Shown piece by piece: positions 22,220-34,708 of a DNA stretch of 59,374 nucleotides (position 1 is its first letter; each line of letters starts with the position of its first letter). A program made the position numbers and the translations under genes. Under the pieces are notes generated by a model, which made no database searches, had not been told where the DNA came from, and saw nothing but the letters and a program-made list of their open reading frames with translations. Origin of the DNA: Chiloscyllium plagiosum (lineage: Eukaryota); contig NC_057749.1 of NCBI RefSeq assembly GCF_004010195.1, positions 20,208,747 to 20,268,120 on the forward strand, read 5' to 3'.

Positions 22220-24055
22220 AAACAGGTAGGAAAAGTTTTTATATAAAACGGAAAAGGGTGGCCAAAGTGGACATAGGTCCGTTGCAGGATGAGAAAGGGG
22301 AATTAATATTGGGTAATGCTGAACCAGCCAAGGCCTTGAATAACTATTTTGTCAGTTTTCACAGTGGAAGATGTGTCTAACATGCCAAAGAATGATGTTA
22401 AGGATGCGATGGGAGGTTAGGATCTCAATTTAATTGCTATCACTAAAAGGGGTAGTGTTGAGCCAACTTGAGGGTCTAAAGATAAGTCCCCTGGTCCTGA
22501 TGGAATGCATCCCAGGGTGCTGAAAGAAATGGTGGAAGTTGTGGTCGATGTGTTGGTGGTAATTTACCAAAATTCTCTGGACTCTGGGCAAGTCCCGGCG
22601 GACTGGAAGACAGCGAATGTCATGCCACTGTTTAAAAAAGGGTGTAGGTAAAAGGAGGTAACTATAGGCCAGTTAGTTGAACATCTGTAGTTGGGAAAAT
22701 GTTGGAGGCTATCATTAAAGAAGAAATAGTGAGACATCTGGATGGAAAGGGTTCCATCAGGCAGACGCAGCATGGATTCAGGAAGGGAAGGTCATGTTTG
22801 ACAAACTTACTGGAGGATGTAACAAACGTGGTGGATGGAGGGGGAAAGGTGGATGTTGTATCCTTGGACTTTTAGAAGGTTTTCGATAAGGCGCCACATA
22901 AAAGACTCATCCATAAGATAAGAATGCATGGAGTTTGGGGAATGTATTTGCATAGATAGAGGACTGGTTAACGAATAGAAAGCAGACAATTGGGATAAAT
23001 AGGCGTTTCTGTGGTTGGAGATTATTGGTGAATGGGGTGCCGCAGGGTTAGTGTTGACCAACTGTTCATGATATATGTAAATGATTTGGAAGCGGAGACT
23101 GTGTGTAACATATCCAAGTTGGCTGATGACACTAAATTGAGTGGAAAGGTAAATTGTGCAGAGGATGTGGAGGGCCTGCAGAGAGATTTAGATAGGTTAA
23201 GTGAGTGGGCAAGGGTCTGGCAGATGGAGTATAATATTGGTAAATATGAAGTTATCCACTTTGGAAATAAATATAGTAGGTGAGAGTATTATTTAAATGG
23301 TGAAAGATCGCAGCATGCTGTTGTGCAGAGGGACTTAGGAGTGCTCGTACAAGAATCGCTAAAAGTTGATTTGCCGGTCCAACAGGTAATCAGGAGAGCA
23401 CACTGAATATTGGCTTTCTTCGCTAGAGGGATTGAATTTAAGTACAGGGAGGTTCTGCTGCAATTGGACAAGGTGTTGGTGAGGCTGCACCTGGAGTATT
23501 GTGCACAGTTTCGGTCTCCTTACTTGAGGAAGGATATACTGGCTTTGGGGGCGGTGCAGAGGAGGGTCACCAGGTTGATTCTGGAGGTGAGAGAGTTACC
23601 CTATGAGGAGAGGTTGAGCCGCCTGGAACTGTACTCGCTAGAATTTAGAAGAATGGGAGGGGATCTTATAGAAACATATGAAATTATGAAGGGCATAGAC
23701 AAGACAGAGGCGGGCAAGTTGTTTCCGCTCGTTGGTGAGCCTAGGGCTAGGGGACAAGGCCTCAAGATTAGGGGGAGTCGATTTAGGGCAGAGATGAGGA
23801 GGAGCTGCGTTTTCCAGAGCGTGGTGATTCTATGGAATTCTCTGCCCAAGGAAGCGGTAGGGACAGCTTCATTTAATATATTCAAGGCATAGTTGGATGG
23901 GTTTTTGCATGGTAAGGGAATTCAGGATTATGGAGATAATGCAGGTAGGAGGAGCTGAGGTGATGTATAGATCAGCTATGATCTTAATGACTGGGGGAGC
24001 AGGTTTGATGGGCCAAATGGTTTACTCCTGCGTCTATTACTGTGAAACTATGATA
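22220..24055 (+). mobile_element. CR1 LINE, 5'-truncated RT region to 3' end, decayed
   Basis: aagtcccctggtcctgatgg (KSPGPDG); ORFs with SKLADDTKL...LQRDLDRLSEWARVWQMEYN and VRLHLEYCAQF...RGQGLKI...WNSLP. Confidence 0.95.
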
Positions 24056-24584
24056 AAGTGAAGTGATACTTCCATTCCCAGTTTTCAATTATTCTGAATT
24101 GTCAAGTTGCAACCAATAGAAACTGAGTTCAACTGATTAAATTGAACTTGGATCCTTGTAAATGTCAGAAGTGAGAATGGTGAGATTTCCAATAAGATCT
24201 GAGAGCCAGCTCTACCTTTTGTTTCTGATAATACTGTGGGATTTTCAGTCTATCTGAAAGAAACAACTGGATCCAGAGGAAGTGATGTGCGTGTCTCCAT
24301 TTTAACATGAGAGGACAGCATTCCCTCAAGACTACACTGGACTGTGGAATGGATGATCCTGATATGATTTAAGGCTAAAATCCACTATTATTGACCCTGT
24401 ACTCCCAATAAGTCATTGACACATGCAGTCTTGATGGGATGGGGAGGAAATGGACTTTCTTATCTTGAAGGTATAATTTTCTCCCTCTATCCCTGAAATA
24501 GTAGCTTTCTATGTTTTTATGTATTAGTATGCAGAGAAGTGTACACTTTGCAGTGTCTAAATGTTTCATTTCACTTTCTTGCAG

Positions 24585-24625
24585 GTAAAAATCTCTACAC
24601 AAATGAATACGTAGCAATCAAACTG
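24585..24625 (+). CDS. CSNK1G1: Casein kinase I gamma, 41-bp internal coding exon (G-KNLYTNEYVAIKL, containing the VAIK catalytic lysine)
   Basis: Acceptor ttcactttcttgcag|GT, donor CTG|gtaagt. The translation matches the CK1-gamma N-lobe. Phase 1 start and phase 0 end join in frame to the next exon. Family is secure; paralog (G1 vs G2/G3) is less so. Confidence 0.93.
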
Positions 24626-24675
24626 GTAAGTATATATATTTTTCTCATGCACATTTTGGGATGCATTTTACTTAG

Positions 24676-25281
24676 TGTTATGGACCAGGCCAGACCCTCC
24701 TCAAAATATTTCAAGAAGATAGCCTAGACCTTAACTTCTTATTTTAAAGGCAGATGTAAAGTGGTTGTTCCAGAAGTAATACAACTGGTCAAACCACTCG
24801 GCTTTAAGCAAAACAGAACTTATTTAAACTCTGGAGTTGAAACGTGAACAAAAGAAAACTGAATTTAGAATAACTTAACTATTGGAAAACGTAACCAACT
24901 CGATTACAGTAATTATTACTAATTAACTGTTTCAAGACAGTAACATCCCATAAACGCAGCCCTTGGCAGAAAGGTAAATTCAAACACCGATTCTTCCAGG
25001 CAGGAGGGAACAACATCCAGAGAGAGATTTCAGAGAAATTCAGGAATCCTTTACTGACGCTTGCAACTCTTTAGGACACTCACATCTTGTGACTGCTACA
25101 GCTACAAAAATCTAGAAATAAACCTGAACTGGGAGAACTGGCCACTCCTTTTCACTATTAAACTGTTTTACACAAAAAAAACCCAATGACCTGTTAAAAC
25201 CCAGACTCTTTGGCCTTTACAATCTCTGTTCAAAAGAAAATCAAGGACAAAATAACCTTTTAAAATGACAGCATCATCACA
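24676..25281. mobile_element. Probable solo LTR (606 bp)
   Basis: Starts TGTTATGG and ends TCATCACA (TG...CA, imperfect terminal inverted repeat). Flanks ttag / gtag fit a 4-bp TSD with one mismatch. No coding potential. Confidence 0.6.
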
Positions 25282-25302
25282 GTAGCAAGCAGCCATTGGT
25301 AA

Positions 25303-25845
25303 TCTTAGAGTCATAGAGATGTAAACATGGAAACAGACCCTTCGGTCCAAACCGTCCATGCCGACCAGATATCCCAACCCAATCTAGTCCTATCTGCCAG
25401 CATCCGGCTGATATCCTTCCAAACTCTTCCTATTCATATACCCATCCAGATGCCTCTTAAATGTTGCAATTGTACCAGCCTCCACCACTTCCTCTGGCAG
25501 CTCATTCCATATACGTACCACCCTCTGTATGGAAAAAGTTGCCTCTTAGGTCTCTTTTATATCTTTCCCCTCTCACCCCAAACCTCTGCCGTCTAGTTCT
25601 GGACTCCTCGACCCCAGGGAAAAGTCTTTGTCTATTTATCCTATCCATGCCCCTCATAATTTTGTAAATCTCTATAAGGTCACCCCTCAGTCTCCGGTGC
25701 TCCAGGGAAAACAGCCCCAGCCTGTTCAGCCTCTCCCTGTAGCTCAAATCCTCCAAATCTGGCAACATCCTTGTAAATCTTCTCTGAACCCTTTCAAGTT
25801 TCACAACATCTTTCCGATAGGAAGGAGACCAGAATTGCACGCAAC
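25303..25845 (-). mobile_element. CR1 LINE 3' end
   Basis: Minus ORF CVQFWSPSYRKDVVKLERVQRRFTRMLP...RGDLIEIYKIMRG; (agagtcat) tail. Confidence 0.95.
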
Positions 25846-28779
25846 TTGAATTTGAATTAATTTGTATGTTGCAGTTAGACAAATTAATTCAAATTGGCAG
25901 ATGTCTTCATGAAGCTTTTTTGGTGATCTCACTAATGCATCTTGTCAAAAAGCAATCTTGTGAATTTTAAAGTGCTCTCTGTGCAATGAAATGGCCTAAA
26001 GATATTTGCCAACAGTGCACGAAGGTTAAAATCTGTGCAGTTTAGTTTACCTGCTGTTTTGTGTGCTGGGCCTTATTTCATACCAGTCTGCAATATTTTA
26101 CTTTGATTGCCAAAAGAATCCATAATACAACTTTGCAGCCTGGTGACCAAGCTCAATAAACTATATTTTTTAATTCCTACTTGTATGCGAGATCTGACTG
26201 CTAAGGTGCAGCCGTATGCATCTTGTCTTTAATGATTCCAGTTTTTAACCTCGCTCCAAACCATTGTTACCTGTGGTGGTTCCTGCCGAGACTGCAGTTT
26301 TGTGTGATGGCCCAGGAGCATGCTAAAGCATGGAAGATTTGCTCTCTAGTAGCATGTCAATGTATGACAGTTGTTTATGAGCACTGGAAATGAATGTGGT
26401 GCTGACTTGGGTGTGGACTGCTGGAACATTGGTTCAAGAGCTCACAAAATACTTTAAGAGTTGATATTTGAGAAATAAAAGTATGGTTTATGAGTCTTCC
26501 TGTTTTATTCTTAATGACCAGTTTTCTTAGTTAGTAATTTGCATCAAGGTAACCATATGTAGGGGGCATTTTATTGTTGGATGTGTAAACAGCTACATTA
26601 ATAATTATGATTTCACATTTAGCTGTAAGAGAAGACTCCGTATTAGAGAGATTTACATGGGGAAAGGAGTGTAGAGATGTCTCCATTGAAAGAGTTTTAA
26701 AATTTGAAAGTTAATAAATAAACTAATTTTGATGTTCAATATTAGTGAGCTCCAGAGTGATTGAATATAGATTGTGGCTTAGCTGGGATAGAAGAACATA
26801 CAGTTTAGAAGGGACTTCCTCGTAATGATTTAACAACCAGTTTGACATCCTTAGTATATCTGAAATGCTCAATGATGTATCACTTGTTGAATTGCCATTA
26901 TAGTTGTAGCGTAGTGATTTCTCTGCACAAGATCTCATAAACAATAAATGACAAGTTAACTCTCTATTTGCCATGAAATTTACCGCAAAACCTCTTGTGT
27001 TCACCTGAAAAGGCATGTTGGCCCTTAGTTTAATGCCTTCTGTTTTAACAAAACACAGCCACCTTCAACTAGGGAGGGTGCTGTTAGTATCACACTGAAA
27101 TGTTGGTTCAGATTGCTTCCCCAGTAGTTATTTGAACCTATCTTACTCTGACCCTGGTGATACATCTTGGATAGTCATGTGCAGTTTCCTGTGAAAGTAC
27201 AACCCAAGTTAGTTCAGAAATTGTGCGCATCCTGCTGATGTCAAGTTACACTTAAATCCCTTGCCCGATCGCAAAAATATAAATATTGGTAATATAATAT
27301 GGACTTCAATCTGTCTCCTTGCACTCATGTTAAATTCTTAATGCAAGATAGCCCCATGCCCACACAGCTGCCTAAAATCCTACTGATAGGAGATGCCTAA
27401 TATTGAGAACGTTAAACGAATGATGAGCTTTTTAGGTATTGATCTACCCTAGAAAACTCTTGTGTGATAGTTAACTTGAAAAATCTCATCATTTTTAACT
27501 ATTTCAGCTTGACAGTTAATGGTTAAGTATGAGTCGTGGAATGAACTTCAGACGAATTGTTCAAAATTGTTTAAAAAATTGTAACTAATTTTTTGAGGAA
27601 CGCAAAGCAGAGAAATTCATGAACTAAAAAATGTTTGCGTGGTTAGAGGAATAAGAAATGACTGCAACGGCAAGTTGCCCTTAAGATCCTGTTATTAATA
27701 ACACGCAGAGCATTGAAAGGAAATGTTTTGTTACAAGTCATAAACTTGGCCTAATAAATATTGAGGAACAATGTGATATGAATTTGGAGATGGTTGCACC
27801 TTTTTTTAGAAACGTTAACAGCAAACACAAACTGTATATGGTTAACTAATCAGTGTTGGAGAAAGAACCAAAATCATGAATCGTTAGGTAACATACTAAA
27901 TATGCACATGATCTGTGGTGGGATGGCAGTTTCAAAGGGAAATGTAGAAAAACATTAAACATTGAACTCTAAATATAGCTATGGTTTAATTTTACAAGAG
28001 AAAGGAAGTTCGATTCTGCCAAATGTTAATAGTGAACAAATCAGACATTTTATCATTGTTATACTGAGCTTTGTATTCTCCACAATGACTTTCAGGAAGG
28101 ATATTCTAACCCTTGGGAGGGTGCAGTGTGGGCATACAGGATCACACCCAAGTTTCAAGAATGCTTGTTAAAAAGCAAATAGTCAGTTAAATGTTTTTCA
28201 AAAATTAAAAGGAACACTGGGAGTTTTAATGTTAACAAAATTAATCCATTATGAAGTGATCGTTTTATTTGAAGCAAAGCTTCATTGTCCTGGCTTATGC
28301 CATCAGAGGAATTTATATTGGTCAACTGTTCATAATGGGTCTGGGACTTATTTGTATGCCATACCAGTAATGCAAACTTGAGGGATAAACTAGATCCCAG
28401 TATTTGTGGTAAAGTCAGTCAGTCATTTTGGCATTCCAGTTGGTGCACTATGGACTGAGTAGGGAAATGTTCAAAGATCCTTTGCTTGAGTGTTTGAATA
28501 ACTGTTACCAGTTCTGTGCTCGGCATTCCTGCACTGATATTTGGAAGGAGCCTTCCATTTTACAATGTGCAGCGATTGATTAACAAAGAGCATTTTTAGT
28601 CCTCCTTTCCCAAGATGTTCTATGATTCCCTTGCTGATCTCAGCTAAAATTACATTGTTGCTGTATATTCAAATACATTGATTGAATGTAGGTAGATTAT
28701 GCCATTTTGTGTCAATCATATTGCAGATGAATGAATGCATGTGGCTCTGTCTAATGTTTGTTTATTGGTTTAATTTCAG

Positions 28780-28849
28780 GAGCCCATTAAGTCACGAGCG
28801 CCACAACTTCATTTAGAATACAGGTTTTACAAGCAACTTGGGAGCTCAG
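28780..28849 (+). CDS. CSNK1G1: Casein kinase I gamma, 70-bp internal coding exon (EPIKSRAPQLHLEYRFYKQLGSS)
   Basis: Acceptor ttggtttaatttcag|GAG, donor CAG|gtaatg. Peptide is near-identical to CK1-gamma. EPIK together with QLGS fits G1 best as I recall the paralogs (G3 EPMK, G2 QLSA). The 4154-bp intron 24626-28779 separates it from the previous exon. Confidence 0.94.
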
Positions 28850-29204
28850 GTAATGTGTGATTGGATTTACAAGGTTACTACTATTGGAAGAAAAGTATTG
28901 CGTCTCCTGCAAACATTAGCAATAAACATGAAATTGCTAAGTTAATACACAGATCATGCCAGCATAAGTGGTTGGAAAAAAACGGAAGCTTTTTGTTTCC
29001 TGACACTTTCCTGAGGTACACTTGAGCAATATTGTCTATTCCAAAATGTTGCTGTCGATTTTCAATCAGGATTGTTAGCAGGTAGCCAATGTCTTAATTT
29101 GATTATAAAGGCAACTTTTATTTAAACATCTGTTGAAAATTTCTAATAGCTGCTCATTGAACTGGTTGAAGCTTTAGCCTCATAATTTCTCAAAGAAACT
29201 GTTA

Positions 29205-30690
29205 GATACATAGAGTCATACAGCATGGAAATGGACCCTTCGACCCAACTTGTCCATGATGACCACCTTTCCCAAACATAACTAGTCCCATTTGTCTGCA
29301 TTTTGGCCATATCTGTCTAAACCTTTCTTATCTATGTATCTGCTTAACTGTCTTTTAAATGTTGTAACTATATTTGCCTCCACCACTTCCTCTGGCAACT
29401 CATTCCATACGCGCACCATCCTCTGTGTGAAAAAATTGACCCTCCGGTCCATTTTAACTCTTTCTCCTCTCATCTTAAATCTATTCCCCCTAGTTTTGGA
29501 CTCCCCTATTCCTGGGGAAAAGACCTTGGCTATTCACCTTATTTATGCCCCTTGTGATTTTATAAACTTCTCTTAAGGTTTCCCTTCAGCCTCCTACACT
29601 ACAGGGAAAAGAATCCCAGCCTCTCCTTATAACTCAAACTCTCCAGTTTAGGTAACATTCTTGTAAATCTTTTTTGCACCTTTCCCAGTTTAATAACATC
29701 CTTCCTACAGCAGTGCTCCAAATGTGGTCTTAACAATATTTTGTACAGCCATAACATGACATACTTAATGTTTTGACCTATGAAGGCAAGTGTGTCAAGC
29801 GCTGCCTTCACCACCCTGTCTGCCTGTGACGTCATTTCCGAAGAACAATGGACCCACACCCCTTGCTGTCTCTGTTCGACAGCACTACCCAAGGCTCATA
29901 CCATAAACTGTATAGATCCTTCCATGGTTTGTCTTTTCAAAATGCAACATCTCACAAATATCTAAATTTAACTCCATCTGCCATTTCTTGGTCCACTAGC
30001 CCAGTTGATCAAGATTCCATTGTACTTTTAGATAACCTTCATGGTTCACATCCCAATTTTGGTGTCTTCCACAAACTCACAAATCACGCCTCTTATATTC
30101 TCATTCAAATCATTTATTTAAATGACAAGCAATGTGGACCCAACACCAAACCTTGTGGCACACCTCTGGTCTGAAAAGCAGCCCTCCACCACCATCCTCT
30201 GTCTCCAACCATCAGGCCAAATTTGTATCCAATTGGCTGCTCTCCCTGGATCCCATGTGATCTCACCTTAATACCCAGTCTATCATGTGGAATTTTGTCA
30301 AAGGCCTTGCTAAAGTCCATGCATACAACATCTACAGCTCTGCCTTCATCTACCTTTTTGGTCACCTTTTCAAAAAACTCAAAACAAGTTTGTGAGACAT
30401 GTTTTCTCTCACGCAAAGCTATGCTGACTATCCCTAAACAGTTCTTGCCTTTGCAAATCCCATCTGTCAGAATCCCCTCCGACTACTCACCTACCACTGA
30501 CGCCAGGCTCAACGGCCTGTAGTTCCCTGGTTTTTCCTTGCAGCTTTTCTTTAATAATGGCACAACATTGACCAGGACCTCACTCGCGGCTTTCGATCAT
30601 ACAAATACTCTGCTGGGTCCCTTCAATTTCTTCCCTGGATTCCCACAATACCCTGCGATACACTTGTTCAGGTCCCGGGGATTTATCTAT
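29205..30690 (-). mobile_element. CR1 LINE RT region to 3' end, decayed
   Basis: Minus ORFs DFSKAFDKIPH, GVPQGLVLGP, LLRPHLEHC, WNELPEEVV. Confidence 0.92.
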
Positions 30691-31829
30691 CTTGATCTGA
30701 AACTGTTTCATATAGGCAATTGAAAGGTCTTTTTGTAGGGTATAAAACTAGCCATAGGCGCTGTCAGTCAGGCAGTTTTTATTATGGGGGTTGAGTGGAG
30801 GAAATCGTTAACATGAGTTTTACATGTAGGCAGCAAGTTGAAAATCTACCACAATAAGTGCAAGTTCTTAATAACCCCATTCCTTGCGTTAAGGAGTCTC
30901 ATTTTCTCAAAACATTTTAAGCTGGATAAAAGTTTTTCGTCTTTAGACTTAAAGGCCAAGGGGTCTGTCCATCCTTCCACCTAGCTCCCCATGAGATAAG
31001 TAAATCTTAATAGTGCAAAAGTCCAAATTAAGCATCATTAGAGATCCCACAAGTTGATGTAAACTGTATATCCATGTTCCCTTTCCCAGTTTGCTGAGAT
31101 CAATAACTCATCACTCCTGAAATGTAGCTATAATTAAAAATACTTCCTAAAGCACATTGAACAGTGATATTTCATTGCAATTAATTTGTCTACCACAAGG
31201 CATTGTGAGTAGGAGTAACATCTACAGCATTTAAAATTACAAGCACGCACCAGTTCACACTTTTTAACGTACAGTAGCTGCTAACCTTTCCCATAGAGAT
31301 AGTCCACTGGTTTTTTTAAACCAGTGACTGATTAGAAATTCTTGTGTGAAGGAATGTTGCTTGGACATTTGTGCATTACTTTCCAGGTTTCCCACTGAAG
31401 TGCAAAGCCAGAGATCACCTTTCCCAGGGTAGTGGAAATCTGGAGCTCCGACTCATATGAAGTTGTTGATACTAAGATTAATAGGTTTTTCTTTGACAAG
31501 AAATAGGGAGTTGTGATACCAGTCAATAGTGAACAGACTCGAAAGTTGAATTGCTTACTTTGTTCCTAGACTTTGTTCCAGTGGATTGGGATGTAGTGTT
31601 ACTGGTCTTTAAGAAGTGAATATAACAGTAAGAGACTTGTTGCAAAGGTGAAGGCTTTGGCATTGTGAAGTAAAATGGTTGCTTCAATAAAAATACAGTG
31701 AAGGCAAGGAGTGACTGGTTGTTTCTCAAATTAACTAGATCCTGAAAATGGTGTTCTGGAATTTGTGCTTCAGCAGAGATGCATTGACAGCATTTCGTAT
31801 TAGTTCCTAAATTTAGGGAGCAGGAAAAA

Positions 31830-32220
31830 AAATTGAGAACACAATTGTTAGGGACAGGGCAAATGCATGATAAAAACAAATCCGATCAATACAACTTACA
31901 TTCAGCGAGAAGAAGACAGTATAGAAAAAAAAGTGGAGTGCAGGAAGAAGGAGATCCCAAGTATAATATAAACAAAATAATTGGAGGAAAAAAGCCATTA
32001 AAAAGTGTAATTGCACTCTTAATTTCCTGTGCCAAATGAAGGCAAGGTTAGGCATCTGTATAAGGCATTGCCTTGGGTTGAGATAGAGAAATGAGTACAG
32101 ATCCGGATTTCCCATAGGGAAACAATATTGATGTGGAAAACTGCAGTATTGGTTCATTAAGATATCACCAGTGTTGATGGGGAGAAGATTGAGGAGAAAT
32201 TTGAAAAACTGGGGTATATT
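31830..32220 (+). mobile_element. Possible Gypsy-like gag remnant
   Basis: Frameshifted zinc-knuckle-like reading near 32025-32070 (CAK..GKVRHLYKA) within a purine-rich tract. Weak. Confidence 0.25.
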
Positions 32221-32323
32221 CACTATTTGTCGACATCCCTAATTGTATAAGGAAGGGTTTGCTGTTAATTAAGTCACATATTGGTCAACTCAGGTATGCT
32301 TACTAGAACAATAGTTCAGTTCG

Positions 32324-32649
32324 TGGGCGGCACGGTGGTACAGTGGTTAGCACTGCTGCCTCACAGCGCCAGAGACCCAGGTTCAATTCCCGGCGACTCT
32401 CTGTGTGGAGTTGGCACATTCTCCCCGTGTCTGTGTGGGTTTCCTCCGGGTGCTCTGGTTTCCTCCCACAATCCAAAAATGTGCAGGTTAGGTGAATTGG
32501 TCATGCTAAATTGCCTGTAGCATTAGGTGAAGAGGTAAATATAGGGGAATGGGTCTGGGTGGGTTGCGCTTCGGCGGGTAGGTGTGGACTTGTTGGGCCG
32601 AAGTTCCTGTTTCCACACTGTAAGTAATCTAATCTAATCTAATCTAATC
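32324..32649 (+). mobile_element. HE1-type V-SINE, near full length
   Basis: ggcggcacggtgg head, V-domain, (ctaat)n tail. Confidence 0.9.
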
Positions 32650-33342
32650 CTCAGATTTCTAGTGTCCTGGAGAGTGGAACTGTTCAATGAAGCATGAAAG
32701 ATAGTCTAGTGCTGTTACTTACTTTGTTTGGGTTCTCTTTGAATTTCTCTAAATGACAATGCACTTGTGTTTGTCAGACCACTCTGCTGTGTAAGCAAAT
32801 TTGGTCTTCTGAAGGGCAGATTTTAGTGGATGTTCTGTGAAGAATTTGGTTTTGTTAAACTGAAAGTTTGTGATGGATTTCATCAAACTGTTGAGGTGCA
32901 TGAGTGAAGAACAGTGCTGCATTGCTATTGAAAAGTGCAATTCTGGCAAACGGAGTCACATTTGAAAGTGTTCAATCTTCATTTTCATAAATCTGTTGAA
33001 ACAGATAATTGAAAGGGACGGGGACATGTTGGCGTAAAAGGAGAGATTGCAGGGTGTTCGCTGTGTGCTGAAGGTTGATGAACCAGACATGCTCAGAAAT
33101 GGCTGGTGACAGTACAAGCAAAGAAAGAGTCAAAGGTGCAGAAGCAAATATATAAAGACTTATGAATTCTTTCTCTCTCCAAGAAACCTAAAGTATTAAC
33201 TCTGATAAAATGAAGACAGTTTACTCCTTGAAGTTTGTCTTTCTTTTAAACAAACTGGAGCAAAGTGTCAAAAACAGAAGACATCAGTTAACATACTGTC
33301 ACTACCTTTAGGAGTATATATGGCAAGATATTTTGGAAGAAC

Positions 33343-33530
33343 TAAAGCAAAATGTTGGAGAGACTCAGCAGGTCTGGCAGCATCTGCAGAGAGAAAAACA
33401 GAGTCAACATATTGAGTCCTGTGATTGAGTTTCTCTCTCTACAGATGCTGCCAGTCCTGCTGAGTCTACCTAACACTTTCCCTGTTTTTGTTTCAGGTTT
33501 CCTTCATTTGAAGTTCTTTGTTTTTCAGTT
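33343..33530. mobile_element. Short hairpin element of another PLE-end-like family
   Basis: Inverted arms tgttggagagactcagcaggtctggcagcatctgcagagagaaa (~33353-33396) and tttctctctctacagatgctgccagtcctgctgagtctacctaaca (~33429-33475). Related pieces at 39541-39840 and 54115-54290. Confidence 0.6.
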
Positions 33531-33729
33531 GGTAGTTGGGTTTGCAAAATCCTTTTGAAGCTCTTCTAACTCTGGCAGTAAATGTATTGGTCTTGTCCGC
33601 TGACTCCTTAAAATCTAGGATCAATTTTCAAAAGATAGAAGAAACATTTTTTTTAAATGTTGCAAGTACTTTAGCATTATATGTCAAAGGCTGCAATACA
33701 ATTATTATTACTTTAGCAGCTCGTAATTC

Positions 33730-33940
33730 AGTTATAGTCATAGAGTCAAACCGCTTGGAAACAGGCCCTTTGGTCTAACCAGTCCATGCTGACCATAATC
33801 CCAAACTAAACTAGTTCCATCTGCCTGATCCTGGCCCATAATCCTCCAAACCTTTCCTATTCATGTACTTAGCCAAAAGTCTTTTAAATGTTGTAATTGT
33901 ACCCACATCCACCATTTCCTCAGGAAGTTCATTCCACATG
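33730..33940 (-). mobile_element. CR1 LINE 3' end
   Basis: tcatagagtc...ggaaacaggccc...cccaaactaaactag, as at 4735. Confidence 0.8.
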
Positions 33941-34601
33941 TGGATTGGGTAACAATTCAATAGGATGCCACCTCATGGAGCAGCGAGCGTTAGGTTTTTA
34001 TCCTTGCGGATTATTGGGCACAAAACATTTGTACCTTGTAAGCTTTTGTAAGGCTCAATCAACATTCCCACTGATATGCATATCTCAAGCTGAAACTTTT
34101 GAATTTCCTTGATGTTTTAAGCTATATAAAAAACTGAAAGCTCTCTGGTTGAGCCAATATTTGAAATTTAAAAGACGCTGTGCACAAGACATTGTTCAAT
34201 ACTGACTTGATCAAAGAAAATCCTATCTCTTACATGACTCTGAGACTAATCCAATTATTTAAGTGTCAGGAGAGTCTCATAGCTCTGCTTTTTTTATGCT
34301 GGCTAGACGTGTCGAATGCTGGAATATAGTAATCTGCATGTTCAATGTCCACATTGAAAAGATGTAATATTCTGGAATTATTAAAGTCTATCCATTTAAT
34401 TCAAATTATTTAATTATCTATCAATTAAATATAGTACAAGTTGCATATTTTCTGCCACACCTTCATTTCGAGTGATTCCTTTCAGTAAATACTTCACATG
34501 CCTGAGCACTAGTCATAGTCATACAGGATGGAAACAGACCTTCAAGCTCTCCTGCATTCCATGGAAATGTGTCAAATTTTAAGCTGTTACGTTCAAATTT
34601 T

Positions 34602-34708
34602 CTGATTCACATTCCTGATGAAGGGCTTATGCCTGAAACGTCGACTCTCCTGTTCCTCGGATGCTGTCTGATCTACTGTGCTTTTCCAGTGCCACACTTT
34701 TTGACTCT
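34602..34708 (+). mobile_element. Short PLE 3' end with hammerhead core (34615-34642)
   Basis: CTGATGAAGGGCTTATGCCTGAAACGTC; exact 12-bp TSD cgttcaaatttt at 34590-34601 and 34709-34720. Confidence 0.85.

Noticed and set aside
24539..24727. 62-aa ORF as a standalone gene
   Set aside because: Only the central 41 bp is the CK1-gamma exon; the rest is intron and LTR.
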